Part shown: positions 35,828 to 42,437 of the stretch, in pieces | Position numbering within the stretch: the first letter of the stretch is position 1 | How the letters are laid out: every line of letters starts with the position of its first letter | Assembly: GCA_964343395.1 (NCBI GenBank) | Contig: CAYFJB010000003.1 | Location: forward strand, 1-42,437 | Length of the DNA: 42,437 bases | Origin: an uncultured Candidatus Saccharibacteria bacterium | Lineage (GTDB): Bacteria > Patescibacteriota > Minisyncoccia > Sungbacterales > HO2-52-23 | Direction: 5' to 3' | Notes under the pieces: generated by a model | Seen by the model: the letters and a program-made list of their open reading frames with translations, nothing else | What the model was told of the DNA's origin: nothing | Databases searched by the model: none | Program-made: the position numbers and the translations under genes

Positions 35828-36374
35828 CCTTCTCCCCCCAAAAGAACGCGCGCTCATACGGTTTGAAGAATGGCGGCGTATTGCACTTTTCTTCACGTAT
35901 GCGGGTTTCGGTATTCTTGCATTTGGAAGCGTCGTACTTCTTCCTTCATACCTGCCTCTGCGTTCTTCGGAACGCGACCTCAACCGCAGCCGCATACTGG
36001 AAGAAGAATCCTCTTCCACACTTCACGTGCAAGAAACTCTTGATGGACTCATCCGCGAAGAAAAGATGCTCGAATCGTTTCTTGGGCACGCACAAGGCCA
36101 TAGCCGTGCCTCGGAACTCCTTGAATACTTTCTTCTGCACCCCACGGGCATTACACTCACTTCCCTCATGCTGAAAAAGGATGGTCTCGTTTCCATTGAC
36201 GGCATTGCGGGGACGCGTCAGGATCTTCTTGCACTTGAAGGGACCTTGCGCACCTCGGGACGCTTTCAAGATATTCGCGTACCACTTTCGGCGATTGCAC
36301 GAAGGGCCGACATCTTTTTTTCTCTGCGCGGCACGCTTAAACCCGCGTATCATCTCACATCTCCTGCCTTATGA
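35814..36374 (+). CDS. pilN: PilN, set 2
   Basis: MATSNLLPPKER carries the N-terminal NLLP motif known to bind PilM, followed by one TM and a C-domain. The start at ATG 35814 overlaps pilM2 by 14 nt. Confidence 0.75.
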   Translation: MATSNLLPPKERALIRFEEWRRIALFFTYAGFGILAFGSVVLLPSYLPLRSSERDLNRSRILEEESSSTLHVQETLDGLIREEKMLESFLGHAQGHSRASELLEYFLLHPTGITLTSLMLKKDGLVSIDGIAGTRQDLLALEGTLRTSGRFQDIRVPLSAIARRADIFFSLRGTLKPAYHLTSPAL

Positions 36375-36931
36375 CATCGCGCACCATCTTTTTTGTAACC
36401 GTAGCTCTGTCGTGCGTCTCTCTCAGCGCTTCCGCATACTGGTTCGCAGGGCTCGCGAGCAGCGTATTAGACTACCGCACGACGCTTCAAAAGCTTGATG
36501 AACAAATCTCAGCGCTTGAAGAAAAACGCCTGCGGGCGAGGCGAATTGAGGCGCTTCTTCAAGGACGCGCCGCGGATTTGGCGCGCGTGAAAACATCTTT
36601 TGTAGAGCGCCGCCCGGTTCTGCTTATTGAAGAGATTGAACGCATTGCTGACCACACAAAAAACACTCTTGCCCTCGAAATTATTGAATCTGAGCCACTC
36701 CTGCACGACGTAGGACTGCGCCTCATTATTGAAGGGACCGAAGCGAGCGTACGCACCATGCTTGAACTTGTAGAACTCCTGCCCTATCAAGTTTCCGTTG
36801 ACGACCTCGCCTTTGAACGCATAAATGTTTCCAGCGCATCCGGAGCAACACTTCTCTCCACAACGAGAAGTGTCAGCACGCCATCCGCCCGTCTTACCCT
36901 GCGTACGCGTTTTGCTGCCGCATCACCATGA
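36371..36931 (+). CDS. PilO-like protein, set 2
   Basis: One TM (IFFVTVALSCVSLSASAYWF), a coiled coil and an alpha/beta C-domain. ATGA overlap with pilN2. Confidence 0.6.
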   Translation: MTSRTIFFVTVALSCVSLSASAYWFAGLASSVLDYRTTLQKLDEQISALEEKRLRARRIEALLQGRAADLARVKTSFVERRPVLLIEEIERIADHTKNTLALEIIESEPLLHDVGLRLIIEGTEASVRTMLELVELLPYQVSVDDLAFERINVSSASGATLLSTTRSVSTPSARLTLRTRFAAASP

Positions 36932-37224
36932 TCTCATTGTCTCCCACTGCCATACTCAAAAAAATAACCGGCCGCGGCGGATTTGCTTTTCCGCGCCTTA
37001 ATCAAGAAGAGATTTTGGCACTCGGCGCACTGATCCTGTGCGCAGCATTCGCGGGAATCATGACATGGGATGGATTTCTTTTTTATCGCGCAATCATACA
37101 GAAACGCGCGCCAAGCCCTCCTCCTTCTGAAAAAGAACTGTCCTTTGCCGGCCGCCTTGATGACGCGCTCAAAATTCTCGATCGGCGTAAAAAGAATTTT
37201 GAAGAAAAACTGCCTCCCCTATGA
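36928..37224 (+). CDS. Small single-pass membrane protein (unknown), set 2
   Basis: 98 aa with TM ILALGALILCAAFAGIMTW. Overlap-coupled on both sides (ATGA). Confidence 0.55.
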   Translation: MISLSPTAILKKITGRGGFAFPRLNQEEILALGALILCAAFAGIMTWDGFLFYRAIIQKRAPSPPPSEKELSFAGRLDDALKILDRRKKNFEEKLPPL

Positions 37225-38168
37225 CCCAAAGCACCACGCCATTTTCTCCAAACCCTCCTCCGGTTCCACCAGCGCCGCCGGATAAACCAGGCGAGGGTGC
37301 ATCCCGCGTTCCCGCAATTCTGCGTACGTTTGAGAGCGATGCCGAGATACTTATCAAAACCGCCCGCCCCTCTGAACTTTTCTCTGCTCCGCCCCGACAC
37401 CATGATTTTGGCGGTCAAAGTTTTCCCGCGGAGAGACGGCGCGTATTTCTCAAAATCCTCGCGGCAATAATTGTCCTCGTGACCGGCGCGTCATTCTCAA
37501 TTCCATTTCTTGTCCGACGCTTTCTGCCGGTGTCTCCTGCCGAACGTCAAAGCACGCCTCCGGTAGAGCACGGTGCGATGCCTTCGGAAATCGCCCTTCT
37601 TTTTGCCGCAGAAAAAACGCGCACCATTGCAATCGGCACACAGGACCGCGCTCGTTTCCCCTTAACCATACAAGAGCTCGCCGCGGGGGTCGAGCCTCCG
37701 GGCACCATCACGCGCCTTATGCTTTCTCTTACTGACGGCCCCCAGAAGCGTCCTGCAAATGCCCTTGATTTTTTGGATCTTGCAGGAATGTCGCCTCCAG
37801 AATCGCTCCGTTTCTCACTGCAAAACCCGGTGATGCCATTTCTCTTGTACGACGAGAGCGGTGGTGCGTTTGGCGTTGCCCTCAAGACCCGCGACGTGGA
37901 GCGAACCCTCCGTGATTTTCTTTTATGGGAAAAAACACTGCCTCGCCAATTTGACCTTTTCCTCTCTATGCCACCTGACGAGGATATCATCAGAAAACAA
38001 TTTGAAGATAGAACCTACCGAAATATTGACTGGCGGTTCCTCCCTGCTGATTCTGGTACAGACGAGGGCATCGGATATGCCATCTTTCCTGCAACTGGAA
38101 TCATACTCCTCACTGCACATGCCCGCGCAATGGAAAAAGCAATTGACCGACTGTTTGAAATACGATAG
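37221..38168 (+). CDS. Hypothetical bitopic membrane protein with a Pro-rich N-terminus
   Basis: 315 aa with N-terminal PFSPNPPPVPPAPPDKPG, then ILRTFESDAE, one TM (FLKILAAIIVLVTGASFSIPFLV) and a ~210 aa C-terminal domain of unknown fold. Confidence 0.6.
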   Translation: MTQSTTPFSPNPPPVPPAPPDKPGEGASRVPAILRTFESDAEILIKTARPSELFSAPPRHHDFGGQSFPAERRRVFLKILAAIIVLVTGASFSIPFLVRRFLPVSPAERQSTPPVEHGAMPSEIALLFAAEKTRTIAIGTQDRARFPLTIQELAAGVEPPGTITRLMLSLTDGPQKRPANALDFLDLAGMSPPESLRFSLQNPVMPFLLYDESGGAFGVALKTRDVERTLRDFLLWEKTLPRQFDLFLSMPPDEDIIRKQFEDRTYRNIDWRFLPADSGTDEGIGYAIFPATGIILLTAHARAMEKAIDRLFEIR

Positions 38169-38180
38169 CATTCCATTATT

Positions 38181-38555
38181 ATGAACGAAAATCTCTACAA
38201 TGAATTCACGGAGTCGCTCCAGAGAGAACATAACCGCCTTGTGTCTGATTTGAAACAAATTGCGACTCCTGATCCGCGTATGAAAGGGGACTGGGATGCG
38301 GTCTTTCCACAATTTGAGGCGCAAGAAACCGGCTCCCACACAGCCCGCGAAGAGGAAGAAGACGAGGTTGAAGAGTACGAGGCGCGGATAGAGGCGGAAC
38401 ACAGCCTTGAATCGCGTCTTCTGGAAGTCAACCGTGCGCTCGAACGAATTCAGCGGGGAACGTACGGAAAGTGCCTCACCTGCGGAAAAGACATTCCCCT
38501 CGAACGGCTTCGCGCAAATTCCGCCGCAGCACACGATAGTGAACATTCCTCGTAA
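38181..38555 (+). CDS. DksA/TraR-family-like protein with a degenerate zinc finger
   Basis: Coiled-coil N-terminus, an acidic stretch (EEEEDEVEEYE), then GTYGKCLTCGKDIPLERLRANSAAAHDSEHSS. The first CxxC is present. The second CxxC, expected after RL.A.P.A, is replaced by D..H. Confidence 0.6.
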   Translation: MNENLYNEFTESLQREHNRLVSDLKQIATPDPRMKGDWDAVFPQFEAQETGSHTAREEEEDEVEEYEARIEAEHSLESRLLEVNRALERIQRGTYGKCLTCGKDIPLERLRANSAAAHDSEHSS

Positions 38556-38562
38556 AGACCTC

Positions 38563-40092
38563 ATGCCTGTTACTGTTCACTCCGCACAACTCACCGGCCT
38601 TGACGCGCGCATCATTTCTGTAGAGGTTGACATATCGCGCGGACTGCACTTATTCACTATAGTCGGCCTTGCGGACAAAGAAGTGCAGGAATCGCGCGAG
38701 CGCATTTCTGCGGCAATCAAAAATATCGGAGCGCTCGCTCCGCACAAAAAAAGCCAAAGAGTAATTGTCAATTTGGCGCCGGCTGACCTTAAAAAAGAGG
38801 GGCCGGCGTTTGATGTCCCAATCGCACTCGGATACCTCGCGGCATCCGAACAAATCGCATGCGATCTTCGCGGGAAACTCTTTCTTGGCGAACTCGCACT
38901 TGACGGAAGTATCCGTAAAGTCCCCGGGGTGCTCGCAGTAGCACTCGCATGCCATACCTATGGTTTTTCTCATCTCATCGTTCCCAAAGGGAACGGACAG
39001 GAGGCCGCGCGCGTGAAGGGGATCGCCGTCTATGAAGTAGAGAATCTGACAGAGCTTCTTGAATTTTTGTCAGGGCAACGACGCCTCGCTCCACTTGAGA
39101 AAAAAACATTTCAAGAAGATATTCTCCCACCGGAATGTATTGACTGCAAAGATATTCGCGGACAGGAAACCGCAAAACGGGCATTGGAAATCGCCGCCGC
39201 AGGAGGACACAATATCCTCATGCGGGGCCCGCCCGGTACAGGAAAAACCCTTCTTGCCCATGCACTGCCCTCAATCCTTCCGCCGCTTACCGAAGAGCAA
39301 TCTCTTGAGGTGACGAAAATTTACAGTGTCGCGGGTCTCCTTGATGAACACCGGCCCGCGATATTCCATCCTCCTTTCCGCAACCCCCATCACACATCTT
39401 CCCACACGTCAGTGGTCGGCGGGGGATCCTATCCGCGTCCCGGAGAGATCACCCTCGCGCACCGCGGCGTGCTTTTTCTTGACGAATTTCCGGAATTTGA
39501 CCGGCGCGTCATTGAATCACTACGCCAGCCATTGGAAGAACATACAGTAACGGTCGCCCGAACCCGCGCAGTTCAAACTTTCCCGGCGCATTTCATGCTT
39601 GTGGCCGCAATGAATCCCTGTCCTTGCGGCAATTTCGGCAACTCAGACCCGCGCTGTGACTGCACGTGCGCTCCGGGCGCGGTTAACCGTTACGCAAAGA
39701 AAATATCAGGGCCGATGCTCGATCGCATTGACCTGCACGTAGAGGTGCCCTCGGTGAGTTATGACGCGCTCGAAGGAGATGACGGCACGCCTTCCGCAAA
39801 AATACGGGAACGGGTGCTCGGCGCGCGCCGCATACAGGAAACGCGTTTTCGCGGACTCCCGTATGCCCTCAATGCCGAAATCCGCCCTTCGGAGTTCCGT
39901 CAATTCATAGAGGTTAGCGATCGGCTTCGACCCACGATCCGCGCGGCCCATGAAAAATACCGCCTCTCTCCGCGCAGCTACCATCGTATCCTCAAAGTGA
40001 GCCGCACAATTGCAGACATTGAGGGTTCGGACACAATAAAAGAGCTCCACTTTTCTGAAGCTCTCCGGTACAGGCCCGCACAGGAGATTTAA
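38563..40092 (+). CDS. comM: ComM/YifB-family Mg-chelatase-like AAA+ ATPase (competence protein ComM)
   Basis: Lon-like N-domain (GLDARIISVEVD.., IVGLADKEVQESRERI), Walker A GPPGTGKT, Walker B GVLFLDEFPEF, a Cys cluster (NPCPCGN..CDC) and a C-terminal SPRSYHRILKVSRTIADIEG. I place the start at ATG 38563. The ORF-track start at 38407 overlaps the upstream gene. Confidence 0.9.
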   Translation: MPVTVHSAQLTGLDARIISVEVDISRGLHLFTIVGLADKEVQESRERISAAIKNIGALAPHKKSQRVIVNLAPADLKKEGPAFDVPIALGYLAASEQIACDLRGKLFLGELALDGSIRKVPGVLAVALACHTYGFSHLIVPKGNGQEAARVKGIAVYEVENLTELLEFLSGQRRLAPLEKKTFQEDILPPECIDCKDIRGQETAKRALEIAAAGGHNILMRGPPGTGKTLLAHALPSILPPLTEEQSLEVTKIYSVAGLLDEHRPAIFHPPFRNPHHTSSHTSVVGGGSYPRPGEITLAHRGVLFLDEFPEFDRRVIESLRQPLEEHTVTVARTRAVQTFPAHFMLVAAMNPCPCGNFGNSDPRCDCTCAPGAVNRYAKKISGPMLDRIDLHVEVPSVSYDALEGDDGTPSAKIRERVLGARRIQETRFRGLPYALNAEIRPSEFRQFIEVSDRLRPTIRAAHEKYRLSPRSYHRILKVSRTIADIEGSDTIKELHFSEALRYRPAQEI

Positions 40093-40121
40093 TGATCGCA
40101 GAATTGATGGCGCTGATTTGT

Positions 40122-40143
40122 CGGAATGTAACGCGTTGTATAC
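40122..40143 (+). promoter_or_regulatory. 22-nt conserved motif, copy C (cggaatGTAACGCGTTGTATAC), in a convergent spacer
   Basis: It lies between the comM stop (40092) and the 3' end of the minus-strand peptidase gene (40175). No plus-strand gene follows. Confidence 0.4.
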
Positions 40144-40174
40144 ACTTTTTCACCGCCGCCCCTATCTTAAATAT

Positions 40175-41350
40175 TCAAAACGGATTTTTTGCTCCACGAA
40201 TTTCAAAATGCACATGACATCCTGTTGAGTTCCCGGTTGAACCGATCTGACCGATATTGCCACCCCTCCCAACGCGATCTCCTGCGCTTACGCCTACCGC
40301 CCCGAGGTGCGCATACAGCGTCTGCGTATTATTGGGGTGCGCGACAACGACATATCTCCCGTACCCTCCATTCCATCCGGAAACACGCGCGAGAAGAACC
40401 GTCCCATCCGCCGCGGCAACTACAGGAAAACCGCAGGAGTTCGCAAGGTCAATTCCGTTAAAACCGTGAAGCCCGCGCGAGCGGCGCCCGCCGATGATCG
40501 GACGCAAAAAATACCCTATGAATTCCGGCAGACGCGGAGCACGCGCCGTCACTGACACGCCTGCTGGTGATGCGAGTTCTCCATCAGGAACAATAAGCAC
40601 ATCACCTGCTGAGAGCGACTCACCGATTGCACGCCCATTGAACGCAATGATTTCCTCAACATCGCCCCTGAATTTTTTCGCAATTGTTTCAAGCGTATCT
40701 CCCTTTCTAACTTCATACTTCACTCCCGAGACCGGAAGAACAATAAGCTCGTCACCCGGTTTGATCACCGATGATCGCGACAGATTGTTCGCCCACATAA
40801 GCGTATTCAAGGAAATCCTGAATTGCGCGGCAATGGATCCCGGAGTATCGCCCGCCGCAACCCGATAGATAAAAATTGTATCAAAACTTTTGTCCATAGG
40901 AAGCATTCCCGAGGGATTTCTTGAACCGACGAGCGCGCTCTCCTGTGTCATGATAAGGCCCTCCTCGGTGTTGATTTTTTCTTCACTCGCTCCACTGTCC
41001 ACATCTGCAGGAACTGAAGACGCCTGGCTCCCCAGAAGCGGAAGTGAAATTGTCCCTGCTGATGATTCAACCACCCCCGCACTGCTCTGCCCTGCGAAGA
41101 AACGCAAGAAATCGGTAAGAAACCCCGCCGCGGCATCTGAAGGAGCAATACTAATGATCGTTACAGCCGAAACCGCCATAAATTTAAACAGCCACTTCAG
41201 AAAAAGTGGCTTATATACTGGTCTTTTTACCCGATCAGCAGATTTACCAGGTGATGTATCCATCCTTGGCTTACTACTTAAGCATATCGCCCCACCCCAA
41301 AAACAGTCAAGCATAGCTATCCACAAGATGATCTTCTTTATGAAGAGCAC
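40175..41350 (-). CDS. LysM-domain M23-family peptidoglycan metallopeptidase
   Basis: Two LysM repeats (YRVAAGDTPGSIAAQFRISLNTLMWANNL; YEVRKGDTLETIAKKFRGDVEEIIAFNG). M23 motifs HGFNGIDLA and GNSTGCHVHFEIRG. The GTG start at 41350 is uncertain and internal Met codons are possible. Confidence 0.85.
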   Translation of the reverse strand: MLFIKKIILWIAMLDCFWGGAICLSSKPRMDTSPGKSADRVKRPVYKPLFLKWLFKFMAVSAVTIISIAPSDAAAGFLTDFLRFFAGQSSAGVVESSAGTISLPLLGSQASSVPADVDSGASEEKINTEEGLIMTQESALVGSRNPSGMLPMDKSFDTIFIYRVAAGDTPGSIAAQFRISLNTLMWANNLSRSSVIKPGDELIVLPVSGVKYEVRKGDTLETIAKKFRGDVEEIIAFNGRAIGESLSAGDVLIVPDGELASPAGVSVTARAPRLPEFIGYFLRPIIGGRRSRGLHGFNGIDLANSCGFPVVAAADGTVLLARVSGWNGGYGRYVVVAHPNNTQTLYAHLGAVGVSAGDRVGRGGNIGQIGSTGNSTGCHVHFEIRGAKNPF

Positions 41351-41400
41351 CCATTCCGCTCTATTGGACTAATCCGTCCGGAGTGACTTATCTTTGCTGT

Positions 41401-42437
41401 ATGGATGATTTTCTTGGGCACCTTAATGATCACCAGCGCGAAGCAGTCCTTGCAACCGAAGGACCGCTCCTTATTATTGCCGGTCCCGGTTCAGGAAAAA
41501 CTCGCGTCATCACCCATAGAATTGCGCACCTCATCAATAAAGGGACCTTGCCGGAACACATTCTCGCCGTCACCTTTACTAATAAAGCGGCGCGGGAGAT
41601 GCGAGAACGCGTGGATAGTCTCGTTTCAAAATCTACAACACCACACCCGGGATTCAGTGCTTTAATCATAAGCACGTTCCATGCTCTTGCCGCACGAATA
41701 CTCCGGGCACACGCCACACAACTCGGCTATCTCAAAAATTTCACCATTTTTGATGAAGATGACTCTCTGGCCCTCATCAAAGACGTGTGTAAGGAACTCG
41801 CCGTTAACCCGAAACAATTCTCCCCGGGCGTCATCGCCTCAACAATCTCCAATCTTAAAAATGAACTGATCACGCCCGATCAATATGCGAATGATTCCGG
41901 GCTCACTGATCTTTTTCCGCGCACTCTGCATCCGGTGTACGTCAACTATCAAAAACGGCTCACACAGGCGAATGCCATGGACTTTGATGACCTTTTAATG
42001 AATGTGGCCCTGCTCTTTGCACAACATCCTGATATTCTTGAACAGTACCAAGATCATTTCCGCTATATACATGTGGATGAATGGCAGGATACCAATCGCG
42101 CGCAGTATGTGGTTGCGCGAGAACTTGCAAAAAAACATGGAAACATTGCGGTGGTAGGGGATGACGCGCAGGCAATCTATGGGTGGCGCGGCGCTGATTT
42201 TCGCAATGTATTCAACTTTGAGAAAGATTTCCCCGGTGCCACGGTAATCGTGCTTGACCAGAACTATCGCTCCACACAAACAATCCTTGATGCCGCGCGC
42301 CACGTAATTTCCCGCAACGCCAGCCAGAAAAAAAAGAACCTCTGGACCAATAAAGGCCCCGGGACAGAAATTACGGTTGCAGTGCTCCAGCACGAGCGCG
42401 CCGAGGCAGAATGGCTTTATAAAACCATGCGGGAGTT
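41401..42437 (+). CDS. UvrD/PcrA/Rep-family DNA helicase, 3'-partial (runs off the window)
   Basis: Not in the supplied ORF track because no stop is reached. My own translation from ATG 41401 gives MDDFLGHLNDHQREAVLATEGPLLIIAGPGSGKTRVITHRIAHL..VTFTNKAAREMRERV..VDEWQDTN..GDDAQAIYGWRGA..LDQNYRSTQTIL, which matches helicase motifs I, Ia, II, III and IV. Confidence 0.9.
   Translation, partial: MDDFLGHLNDHQREAVLATEGPLLIIAGPGSGKTRVITHRIAHLINKGTLPEHILAVTFTNKAAREMRERVDSLVSKSTTPHPGFSALIISTFHALAARILRAHATQLGYLKNFTIFDEDDSLALIKDVCKELAVNPKQFSPGVIASTISNLKNELITPDQYANDSGLTDLFPRTLHPVYVNYQKRLTQANAMDFDDLLMNVALLFAQHPDILEQYQDHFRYIHVDEWQDTNRAQYVVARELAKKHGNIAVVGDDAQAIYGWRGADFRNVFNFEKDFPGATVIVLDQNYRSTQTILDAARHVISRNASQKKKNLWTNKGPGTEITVAVLQHERAEAEWLYKTMRE

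Noticed and set aside
41405-41665. 86-aa ORF (MIFLGTLMITSAKQS..) listed at the start of the last region.
   Set aside because: It is in the wrong frame. The frame starting at ATG 41401 is open to the window end and encodes unmistakable UvrD/PcrA helicase motifs.
1-42437. Possibility of an alternative genetic code (UGA recoding), as seen in some uncultivated small-genome lineages.
   Set aside because: All recognisable genes are full length under the standard code, and many end at TGA or TAA at the expected family length. There are no in-frame TGA interruptions.
1-42437. tRNA, rRNA, tmRNA, RNase P or SRP RNA genes in the intergenic regions.
   Set aside because: No spacer contains T-loop-like GGTTCRANYC with matching acceptor pairing, or the conserved RNase P/SRP motifs I can recognise by eye. 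This is not an exhaustive covariance search.

Overview
This is a compact, gene-dense bacterial chromosome segment read with the standard genetic code. All long ORFs are intact without recoding. Gene content and style (secretin-less type IV pilus genes, competence genes, membrane pyrophosphatase, many small single-pass membrane proteins, very short intergenic spacers) resemble a small-genome Patescibacteria/CPR-like organism. That assignment is inference only.

Left third (1-15.2 kb):
- a 5'-truncated giant surface protein with five tandem PA14-like domains and a (Thr-Pro)19 linker
- an unknown Cys-containing repeat membrane protein
- housekeeping genes: rny, gpmI, clpP, tig, hppA, nusA and a class-III aminotransferase

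Right two thirds (15.2-40.1 kb): a roughly 24 kb type IV pilus / DNA-uptake supercluster.
- Regulation: a sensor-less histidine kinase and three CheY-like single-domain receivers
- Motors and platform: two PilB-type ATPases, PilT and PilC
- Pilins and processing: a major pilin, the prepilin peptidase PilD, six further pilin-like genes and a 464-aa PilX-like beta-helix protein
- Alignment modules: two separate PilM-PilN-PilO sets, each followed by uncharacterised small membrane proteins
- Competence genes: ComF-like and ComM
- No secretin is present in the window.

The window ends with a LysM/M23 peptidase and a 3'-truncated UvrD/PcrA helicase that is not in the supplied ORF track.

Sequence-level structures not explained by genes:
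- a 218-nt element with 25-bp and 21-bp perfect nested inverted repeats, between the kinase and the receivers
- a loop-less perfect 50-bp palindrome inside the minor-pilin operon
- a nested-hairpin element between two convergent genes
- a 22-nt motif (core GTAACRCGTTGTAKAC) present three times
- a 26-nt identical block at the 5' end of four minor-pilin genes
- a recurring TGGTATACT-type -10 box sitting 6-8 nt upstream of ATG codons, suggesting leaderless mRNAs

No rRNA, tRNA, CRISPR array or recognisable transposase was found.
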